Position numbers and translations under genes: made by a program. Below, in pieces: positions 13,101 to 24,000 of a stretch of DNA of 64,000 nt (position 1 is the stretch's first letter; every line of letters begins with the position of its first letter). Below the pieces are notes generated by a model. That model searched no databases. It worked only from the letters and a program-made list of their open reading frames with translations, and was not told the origin of the DNA. The DNA is from Diadema antillarum (taxonomy: Eukaryota): NCBI RefSeq assembly GCF_040938485.1, contig NW_027271508.1, positions 62,001 through 126,000 on the forward strand, written 5' to 3'.

Positions 13101-16100
13101 CTACATCCTTATGTTACTTTCGTAGATTTCTGTTAAGCTGGACATACGGTGTATTAGTTCGCAAAGTTTTGCAGAAAATATCAAGCTTTGCTATGTATAT
13201 TGTATGGAAAATCTAAGGTTATATCTTTTTGATTTTGCGAATGTGTGAGTCAATTGCCTTCACACGTTCCACCTATACATGCGAACGTGCACAGAGTTCG
13301 TTCCACTGCCTGTGACTGACAGGTTCAAAGTCACTGTTTATTTGTTTTATACTTTGTACTTTCTATGTTCTAGTTGGATGTTCTTATGTACTGTCAAAGT
13401 CACTGTTTATTTGTTTTACTTTGTACTTTCTATGTATGTGCTTATGTAAAATGTACTTTCTATTTTGCGAATTTGTGAGTCAATTGCTTTCACACGTTCC
13501 ATCTATACATGCGAACGTGCACAGAGTTCGTTCCACCAGCATGTGACTGACAGGTTTAAAGTCACTGTTTATTTGTTTTACTTTGTACTTTCTATGTTCC
13601 GTTTTGTTTTATTTGATTAAAATTATTGATTTCTTGTATTTTGTTAAAGTGCAAATGGCATATTATGTACACATTTTATATAGGCAACTGTCAATAAAAA
13701 GGCGGTTTTTTTTTTTTATTTGCTGAAGAATAAAATAACAACGTTGTTATACATGAACACGAATGTTTCGACAGTGTCTTTTATTTTTAGTCTTGTATGA
13801 AATGGTATGTTTGTTACTAACTTTGGTGTGGCGATGTTACAAGCATTTTTGATCTATTGAAATGTTAATCCTTCCCCCCCCCCCCCATCAAAAAAACAAA
13901 AACAAAACAAAAACATGGTGTTGACGATATTAAAGATTAAGGTTACATGTATTTGGATTTGAAGACGGTATCATAAAAGTTTCATTCTATTGCTGCAACA
14001 CACATACACTCACACACATACATACAAGGTATACACGATAAATTCGTTGGATTGAAAAATAATCTAATAGACCATGAGGGACAAATCCAAATAAGATTAT
14101 TAATTTCAAATCTAATTGATTTCATTTCTAAATCAATTAGACTAAAAATTGTAATCTTATTTGGATTTGTCCATCCTCATGGTTTTATTAGATTACTTTT
14201 AAATCCAACGATTTTAGAGTGCACTCACACTGTAAAAAGTCCGGTGTTAAATATGAAACACCAAGCTAGTGTTCAATTTTTGGTGCTCGAACACCTCCGG
14301 GTGTCATTTCAAAATGTTTACTCTTTTAATACACGTAAATCACCGAACAGAAAAAAAAAAAAGCTTGTCAACGTAATTTACTCATGCGACGTAACCCGTC
14401 TCCAGGACATCGAAATAAAATGTACAATGCTGTAACACTGACTGTACTTGCGGAAACTATTAACTCGCAAGCCGGGTTTAATATTAGCCCGGTAAGACTG
14501 TTCCAAAAAGGCATCCTCGATAAAGCAGAGGCTCCGTCAAAACGTTAGTTACGAGAGGGGATTGTTGCAAAAGTTTGAAATATACTTAGTTTAGATGAAC
14601 ATAAAAGCAATTTACGAGTAAGTATTTTTTTTTTTTTTTGGTCGAGAAGAAGCGAGCAAGAAAGAAAGAAAAGAAAGTTGCTACTGTAAACAGTCTATTT
14701 AGCCCGATCGCCAATATTTAGGCCTACACCTTAACAACACAGCATGAACGAATATACTACATGTACAAATGTATTGTGCATACACGTACGTATCTAAAAT
14801 GGACAGTCTTTCTGAACATTTATGGCACCAGCCACGAGCCAGGACCCTTTTGCTTGGATTAAATCTTCCTTCGAACGTACGGTACTACTACTAGTACACG
14901 CTGTAATTCCCAAATAACTGTAGTCAAACGTAGTATTAAGTATAGGCCCTGATGCATGTTATGATGTACTATTACCGATACTGTATAGACTCCGCTGGTT
15001 TTTTAACAGAGCACCGAGTGTGAAGATCATGAGCGCATTAAAAAACAACAACGAACCAAAAAACAGTAGCCTAGCTAGAATGCTGGGCGCTAGTGTACTT
15101 TCGCACCTGTTTGTCAAATACTTGCATCTGAGTGAGATTCAAGTCCAGCAGAAATGGATTTTTCACCATTTTGTCACTTATGTTACTCGTTATAATCTCG
15201 ATCACAGCTAACAATGTTACTCGCGCGCTCGGCGCTAATGCATTTGCACAGCTAGCTGTCTAGTCTGTACGTACGTGTAGGATGAACGGACAGTTCTTCT
15301 ATGGTGTCCTTAAAAAGAAAATACTTTTTCCACCTTTCTCTTGTTTTCTACCGAGTCGCGGTATACAACCTATTGTGGCGATTTCAGTATTGGGGTTGGT
15401 CATACAGTGTATTTTGTGTGTGTTTGTTTGTGTGTTTTGTTTTATAGGGCCTATACAAAATTCTTGATTTACGTTAGTTTACCGTAATGTTGAATCAAGG
15501 TAAGTCAAGAATTGTGTACTTGATATTGACAAATGTAGAATATGTTGCTATAATTAAAAAATTGTGTTATTTTGCAATGAATTAATTTGTTTGTTTCTAT
15601 GAAGAAGAAAGAAAAATAAAAGATTGACAAAGACAAAAAAGTGTGTGTGTGTGTGTTAATTGGTGTGAATGAAAGAGGATTGTGCAAACGTGGTGATAAG
15701 ACAAGGGTGAAGAATATAAGGAAAGGGCTTGGAAAAGGGGGAAAGGAAATAAAAGGTACACTGTATCAAAAAAATTAAACCCTCAAAAAAAGTAAACAAA
15801 AGGTTAATGAAATAGAGAGTTCACTAAAAAATGATGGAAAGAAAGAAAGAAGAGAAACTTGCATCATAAAGGAAAGCAAGGGAGAGATGGATAAGTTTGA
15901 AAGAAAAGAGGAATGCAAAGAATTTATGAACAAAAAAGATGAATCAAACCTGGATGAAAGCAAAGATGAATGTGAAGGTAAGAAAGAATTAAATACAGAT
16001 TGAATGAGAAATAAAGGGAAAAAGAGTGGAAAATCATTAGAATGACATGTAAGAAAACTATATTGGAGAGGATAGAAAAAACCCTTGTGATTGGAGGGAA

Positions 16101-19100
16101 AAACAACCCATGGCTGAAACAAAAAGTAGGCAGAAAGTAGATCTACGGTTAAAAAGGAACACCTTCGAGAAAGAGAGAAGTCTAGGAGTAGGAAAATCAC
16201 AAAGAAATGATTGCTAGGAAGGAAGGGGAATAGATTCTACCTGAAAATAAAAGAAGAAAGAAAAGAAAGAGAAAGATATAAGTGGCAGCCAGCATACACT
16301 CGCTCACACGTTAAACCGCTGCCATGAAGCTACAACCGCTAACGGAAAACTTGGCCGAGGGCAAGGAAAAAACAATTTTTAGCCTTTCAACGACACCATA
16401 GAAAAAGCCGCTGTATCGCTACTTGCTACATTTATTCAGACCAATTTGTAACTGTGCTTGCTCTCAGAGCAGCAATACCAGCGAATAGCGATCAAGATTT
16501 TCCAACGATTTTCAGACACTTGTTAACGCTAAAAAAGTGTAAAAATTTCGGCCAAAATTTCACTTATATTCGACTTTGGAGACTCAGATGGAAGTATTTT
16601 TGGTTACTAAATAAACAGGGTGAGTTTGTGCTTGTTTGGAGGTCGTTGGACAAACAGGTGCGAAAGTACAACTGTACACTAACTAACGTTAGCGCCTAAG
16701 AGGCTACGGGGTACGGTATACAGGGGAAGAAGGTACTGTACAGTGTACAAGCCTCGTGAGGACCGTTATAAAATGTCATAACAATATTAATACCGATGCA
16801 TGTATGTAACGATATCTAACATTAGTAGGGCCCAGACTAGTAGTACATGTAGTAGCACATGAGACAGTGCTGACAGTAGGCGTACATGTACAAGGGAGTA
16901 CTCAGTACATGTACTAACGTTTCGGAGCTACAAACAGAAACATCGGGCTTCACTTCCCTGTATATCAACCGCTGCATTACGGTGCGTGTGTTTTGTGTAC
17001 ACGTTTACTCGTTTGGACCTCCACTACGAATGCACCACTTCGTACTGTATCGCCGCATTTACGGCGCGTGTGATTTGTATACACGTTTACTCGTTTACTG
17101 CCGCCACGGTACGGTACCCGCAGTTACGTGTGTGGTGGTGATTATCTAGATCTCCGCTCGCTCGCTCGCGCTTGAGTGACTTTGCACTACAAACATGCAA
17201 AAAAGAGATGTGAGTGCTCGTTCGACGCGCGCGTCGCACATTACGGCGCGTGTGATTTGTGTACACGTTTACACGTTTACACGCAGTAGTGCCGACAACT
17301 CCGCTTCCCTTCGGGGACACTCGAAACGTGTAAGAGGAAGAAAACGCGGTTCTCCTTGAGCGCACAGAGTCTGAGCGCCGGCTGAATAAGGGAACTGAGA
17401 GAATTACACGTTTCGCTCCGACCATTCAATGAAACAATGAAACAGGTAAACGTGTAAACACTCAGGGCCGAGCGGTACTGTAAACCACGCGTGTGTATGC
17501 TCTTGAATCTGCGTGTATTGTCTATGCGGTTCCACTCGCATTGTTCCACTTGGATAATGTCCTGCGGGAAGCTGCTTTGATTTTGTCCCTCAAAGAGGGT
17601 CAGCTTTCGTTCGTCGGTCAAGTCTTTCATCCTTTTGTTTTGGTGAACGTCACTAATCGTCCCCACACTAGCATAGGAATTGCGTGTGGACAAAGGCCTG
17701 CCGATTTCAATAGAGTACGCCCGCCCGCAGTCCGCTCAGACAAAAGGAGGATTAGCAGGTTCTTCCTTCTCAGGTGGACAAAAGACACTATTCCAGGGCC
17801 CGGGACAATTACTTTAGTTTCAAATACAGGATCTGGGACTAAAGGACTCAGATCTGGGAATGAATTACTGAGGCAGAAAGAGAAATTGCCAAGACAAAAT
17901 AAACTGCTAGTATCTTTGGAATCGTATAATTCTAGAAGGCAATTTTGTTATCATTTGAAAGAGGAGATGTTGCTCTAAAACTTTCTCACAGAGTCAAAGG
18001 AGCGTTCCATTGAAGAAAAAACACGACTGACTCTTTTTTTCCATACTACACAAAAAATTCTGATAATTTTTTTGATGTATCAATTATTTCTGCAATATTT
18101 CAGGTTCAGATAGATATTGTGGCAAACTGACTGCATGACACGAAAGAACAAATATTTCTTGATATATGTTGTTTAGAACTCAATTCAGAACAGTCAATAG
18201 TTTCAGAGATATGACAGTTTTAAATTTCATTGTCAGTCCAGTTTCGAAACGCTCTGGCGTTAGGTAAAAACCTCTGGCACGTTAGGGGTTTTGGGCCTGG
18301 CACATTAAGAGTTAAAGCCCGAACACAGTTCTTGTGTGCTTGCATAACTGTTGATTTTTGCTCTAATCTATACACATACTGTATGTATACTGGTAAGAAA
18401 TCTGTAAAAGAACGCTATGAGTGCTATTGGGTAATGATGAAAAAATGGGAAATTTTAACCAAAGAGGTTTAACTACAAGTGTACAATTTTAGAGCTTACC
18501 TCATCACGGTTGCTACGGAATGTTTTACATTCGATACCATCAACTACAATATATCAGGCCATTGCGGTATCCATCACTCGCAAGAGAGTGAGTTGCATGC
18601 AGTTTGTTCTATGTGCAATTCAATATACATTGTACTACTGCTAGGACAGGATTCAATCATACGAGCAGCGTTTTACACACTCACAACTGAAGGGGGGGGC
18701 AGTTCTGGAATAAAAGTAGGTATACGAACTTTTATCATTTCATACTCTTTGGTCTAAAAACACTACAAAACAACTTGATATCCTGGCATATCATCCCAGC
18801 CAGACAAGGTTCTTAGTAGGTCCTTCCGATATATTGCAAGCAAATTCCAAGTGATGGAAGATGAATTGTAAGGTCCTGCCGAGTACAATGTTTTAGCTTT
18901 AAAGGGTACACGTACAATCATATTCAGAGACAAGTACAGCTGTAGATCTGATTTGTCATGTACATTTGTATTCATTTTTGCTGAGCATAAATCATGACCA
19001 CTGTCTTCCAGATAGGTTTCATGGAATTCTATTTTGAAAGAATGTGGCATGCCCATCTGTTACCCTTGCACCAGGAAATAATCACCACTTAACATTGAGC

Positions 19101-21000
19101 AAGACACTTGAGATGCCCTTTTCACCAGAGGTGACAATGGTGTCGTACACTATTACAGGTATGATTTATAATCCCGAGTGAGGAGTACAGTATTAAGTCT
19201 GCATGTTACTTTTTTCTTCTTTTGTTTTGTATGGGCAAACCTTCTCTCTACTGCATGTACTTTAGTTGGGGTTGTCAAGCTCTGAATTTCAAATGAAAAT
19301 ATTTTGGTGCAAAAGATATCTTATCTTGTTTGGTGCCTCTTTGAGGATTTTTTAGTGCAGGGTCCACCTCTATAGATACAGGCAGCAGGGTCTGCAGAAC
19401 ATCTTTTAACTCTTAATGTGCCAGGCCCAAAACCCCTAACGTGCCAGAGGTTTTTACCTAACGCCAGAATGTTTCGATACTGCACTGACAATGCAATTTA
19501 AAACCGCCATATCTCTGAAACTATTGACTGTTTTGAATTGAGTTCTACACAATATATATCAAGAAATGTTTGTTCTTTCGTGTCATGTAGTCAGTTTGGC
19601 ATGATATCTATCTGAACCTGAAATATTGCAGAAATAATTGATACATCAGAAAAATTATTAGAAATTTATGTGTAGTATGGAAAAAAAGAGTCAGTCATGT
19701 TTTTTCTTCAATAGAACGCTCCCTTGACTCTGTGAGAAAGTTTTAGAGCAACATCTCCTCTTTCAAATGATAACAAAATTGCGTTCTAGAAGTGTATGAT
19801 TCCAAAGATACTAGCAGTTTATTTTGTCTTAGCAATTTCTCTTTCTGCCTCAGTAATTCATTCCCAAATCTGAGTCCTTTAGTCCCAGATCCTGTATTTG
19901 AAACTAAAGTGATTGTCCCGGGCCCAGGAAGAGTGTCTTTTGTCCACTTGAGAAGGAAGAGCCTACTAATCCTTCTTTTGTCTAAGCGGACCACTGGAGC
20001 GGGTACTCTATTGAAATCGGCAGGTCTTTGTCCGCGCGCAATTCCTATGCTAGCTTGGGGACAATTAGAGACGTTCACCAAAACAAAAGGATGAAAGACT
20101 TGACCGACGACCCTCTTTGAGGGACAAAATCAAAAGAGCTTCCCGCAGGACAGCATCCAAGCGGAACAATGCGACTGGAACCGCATAGACAATACACGCA
20201 GAATCATACACACATGTGGTTTACCAATGAGACTTTTGATCCATACACATCTCGCAGAGGGTGCGCTCGCTGCGGATTTTCCCGATGCGAAAAAAATACA
20301 TATAGCTGAAAAATCGTGTAATTACTCAAATTTTTTTAATGTAAGCATGCTCACATTTTTATTGGAAACGATGGCTATGCTAATCAGCTACCACTACATA
20401 TCATGGCAGTTTCTTGGTGTAACGCATTACGGTACCAGAAGAACATAAATGATCAATGCTTTTCTCGCTCTTCTTAGTTGCCGATCGGCGACCATGGCAC
20501 GTCAGGACTAAGGTCGCCGTTCGGCGACCATGGCACGTTAAGAGTTAAAGTGGGTGGTGGGGGGGGGGGGGAGGAGGTTGTGCTGCAGGATTGGGCAGGA
20601 GGTCAAGGGTCAATGGTACCCCCCCCCCCCCCCTTAGTTGATGAGTTGGGTCTATACTCATCACAGTACTTGCTGGACATGTACTGAGAAACTACATTGT
20701 ATGCCAGCCAGTTTGCCCATCAGCAAGCAAACCCCATTAAGGGTCAAGGCAGAAATATTTACGTATCTCCAAACTTTTTTGTTTTCATAGATGTTCCCCG
20801 ACAAGGACGTGCCTGAGTTCCGTCGTGCCGTCACTGACCTTTTTGAGGCTGTGATTCCCTTGCACCAAAGGATTCTTGAAGTCATGGCCATGGGGCTTGG
20901 ATTGGTAAGCCATTTCTTGCATATAATTCTGTGTTTTCTCGTGCTTTCACTAACTTTCTGAAGAGTAGATACAGATGTATAAGCCTTTATTGGTCGTACC

Positions 21001-21036
<36 letters not shown>

Positions 21037-24000
21037 ATTGCGATTGCTCTTCGTCCGGCGTCCGTCATCCGTGGTGCATTGTCCGTGGTGCGTAAACTCT
21101 TTACATTTTCATCTTCTTCTTGAGAACCCCTTGACCGATTTTTACCAAACTTGGCAGGTAGCATCCCTAGGGGTATAGGATCTTAATTTGTTCAAGTGGG
21201 CACCATACCCCACCTGGGGGGGGGGGGGGGGGCCCAGAGGGGCCCAAACCCCCAAACTTAAGGAATCTTCAAAAATCTTCTTCTCTAGAACCAGAAGTGA
21301 TAGAGCTAAGTTAATACTATGAATTAGTACATTGATTACTGTAGTTTCAAGTGTGTTCATGGTGAATTCAGGGGTGCCCCCCTTGGGACCCAGGGGAGGG
21401 GGTGGGGAGGGGTCCTAATGGGGCCCAAATTGTACATTTTCATCTTTTTCTTGAAAATGCCAATATGAATTTTCACCAAAGTTGGCAGGTAGCATCCCTT
21501 GGGGGAAAGAATCTCATTCCCATCGAATGGGCACCATGCCCCACCTGGGGGGTCCCAGGGGGCCTAAATTTGGACGGAAATCGTAAATTTTCATCTTTTT
21601 CTTGAACACCCTATCACAATTTTTTACTAAACTTGGCAGGTAGCATCCCTAGGAGGATAGAATCTCAATTACATCAAATGGGCACCATGCCCCACCCCCA
21701 CCCCTCTCCTGTAAGGAATATTTACAGATTTTCTCTGGAACCAGAAGTGATTGAGCTAAGTTGATACAATGAGTCAGTATATTGATGACTGTTGTTTCAA
21801 GTTTGTTCATGGGAAAATCAGGGGTGCCCTCCCCCCCCCCCCCCCCCCAACCCCTTGGAACCCAAGGAAGCGGGATGGGATGGGGGTCCAAACGGGGGCC
21901 TAAATTTTCATCTTCTTGCCGAAAACAACATAATGGATTTTCACCAAACTTGGCAAGTAGCATTCCCATGGGGATAAGATCTCAAAGTGTTTGAATGGGC
22001 ACCATGCTTTCCTTGGGGGCCCCAGGGGGTCCAAGCCTACTAAATTAATGAATATTCAATAATATCTTTCTCTAGTTCTAATCAAAAGTGATAGGGCTTT
22101 AAGTCCTTTTTTCCCCCCAAGCTGCATAATCCAACATTCTAAAAGTACAGTGTACTTGGCAGGTATTTTTACCAGTGTGATGGAATATGTAAATGGACTC
22201 CATGCCCCCACTCTCAAAGCTACCCCCACCATAAGTTTCCATTGTTCTCAGGTAAGAGTCTGCAAGAATGCATGGAAGGTGAACTTGCGATACTCAGGTG
22301 AGCACGTGACCCCCGGTTCTCTTGTCTCTTTCCTGTTATAGCTTATGCAGTGATTAACTCTTTATGTGCCATGGTGGAAACCCCCTGTGTGCCACGTTAT
22401 TCTAAGACACGAAGGTAGTCATGCTTTGAGAAAGAATTCTGTATTTCCAATTTGTATAACTTCTACAAATTTCTGTTAAGATGGGCATAATAGTAGGCAA
22501 AGTTAAAGAGGAATGCCAAGCTTTGTTTCGATATAAATTGTATGACGACTCTATTTTCAAATTTTCTTTTGAATGACCAGTTGCTACATTACTGTAAAGG
22601 CATGACTTTTGCACATAAAACCGTGACAGAAACTTAGAATGTACGAGCAAATCTAGTTAGGAACATCGCTTGATAGTCGATCACCACATAGAATGCAAGC
22701 CGTATATGAGAGGAACAAAAGCTCGAGAAACGATTTCATTGTGCCGCGGGATTAGCAGTAATTAGCGGTTTATCGATCGGTCTTGGCGGCTTTGTTTGTT
22801 GAGCAGAATATGCGAAGTTGGCATGCCGTCGACTGAGTAGGAAGTGCAAACATGGCACATAAAGAGTTAATTAGCCACCCTTAATAAAGAAAGCGATGAA
22901 GCAAAGTTCACATTTGTTGTGAAAGCCTTTTCAATCAATTATAAATAGACGATGTATGACAAGTCTTTTGGCGGAAATGGTATTTGGCCAATGGTATCAT
23001 CCAATTTGAAGAGAATTCTAATATTAACAAGGTCTGTTGCTTCACAGAAACTTTTAGTCGTTGTCTTTGGACAATCATTAAGCTTTCCATGTTTATACAT
23101 TGATAAAAATCTGACAAAGATCTGCTCACTTCAGTTTAAAAAAAAACAACACACACTTGAGAGGTTACACATCTATTCAAGGTTACTTAAAGTATATAGA
23201 CATAGTCTACTCGCAGCCATGATCTACTTTTTAGCCTCTTAGCAGGCAGAGAGATTCAATTAAAGGTAGAATATCCTCATGATTCTTTTTTTTTCTGGGG
23301 GGGGGGGGGATTGAGGTCTCAAACTGAAATAAACATTTTGCATCTAACCCTTCATCCAATGCAGCATTGTATGAAAAATCTCAACAAAATTTAATCACCT
23401 TTGAGATAATAATTATCATGACTTGTGAGGTACAATGTATTTTAGAATAATGAGCAGGATATGAGTTTTATGATTGACAGTCTTACTGCCTGTGACATCC
23501 CTTGCAGTTGGACTACTACTCATGTGCTTTTGCACATATTGACACCTCCCTGCCCCCATAAAGTGTCTGAGTTGCAGAATTATTAAAGGAAGGAGAATTT
23601 TGGGACCTAAATGTGAAAATAGTATGCCAAAGCTATACAGCTGTGTACCTTTCCCCCTCATTTCTTGTGGAAAAAAAGTCCAAAAGAGGAGGGAAAAATC
23701 TACAATAATGATGTTACCACTATGTGCGTGTTCCTTCCCTTCCACGAAAAAAAAAAGGATCGCCATTACCTCACCGAACGACATAAATACATGGGAACTG
23801 CTAAGAATACAGCCACACTGCGCACGCTCTACTATCCGCCCTTGACCAACGTAGAGGTCAAGAAAGACCAGGTGCGATGCGGAGAGCACTCTGACTACGG
23901 CGGCATCACTCTTCTCTTCCAGGACACTCAGGCAGGCTTAGAGGTGACATTTTTTTTTTTTTTTTTTTTTTTACCAGAACCATTGCTCTATTTGATACTG

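Larger units (their letters stand above)
8390..17480 (-). mobile_element. Tc1/mariner-like DNA transposon, 9,091 bp, carrying a BEN-domain cargo gene
   Basis: 41-bp TIRs CAGTACCGCTC(A/G)GCCC(C/T)GAGTGTTTACACGTTTACCTGTTT (8390-8430 and 17440-17480, 39/41 identical). TA duplication at 8388-8389 and 17481-17482. The empty site (single TA) is present in MITE copy B. Contains a transposase C-terminal exon. Confidence 0.88.
8065..18311. mobile_element. piggyBac-like (TTAA) MITE copy A, ~1.15 kb, split by a 9.1-kb insertion (pieces 8065-8389 and 17483-18311)
   Basis: TTAA at 8061-8064 and 18312-18315. Termini are CTCTTAACGTGCCA and (reverse complement) CTCTTAATGTGCCA. Both pieces align in inverted orientation to the intact copy at 19410-20544. 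Confidence 0.85.

Noticed and set aside
15775-16200. 141-aa F/L/S-rich ORF that looks membrane-like
   Set aside because: It is the translation of a purine/pyrimidine-biased low-complexity tract.
17493-20094. Near-identical ORFs at 17493-17978 (+) and 19743-20081 (-) that look like a duplicated gene
   Set aside because: They are the interiors of two MITE copies, differ by indels and show no recognisable protein motif.
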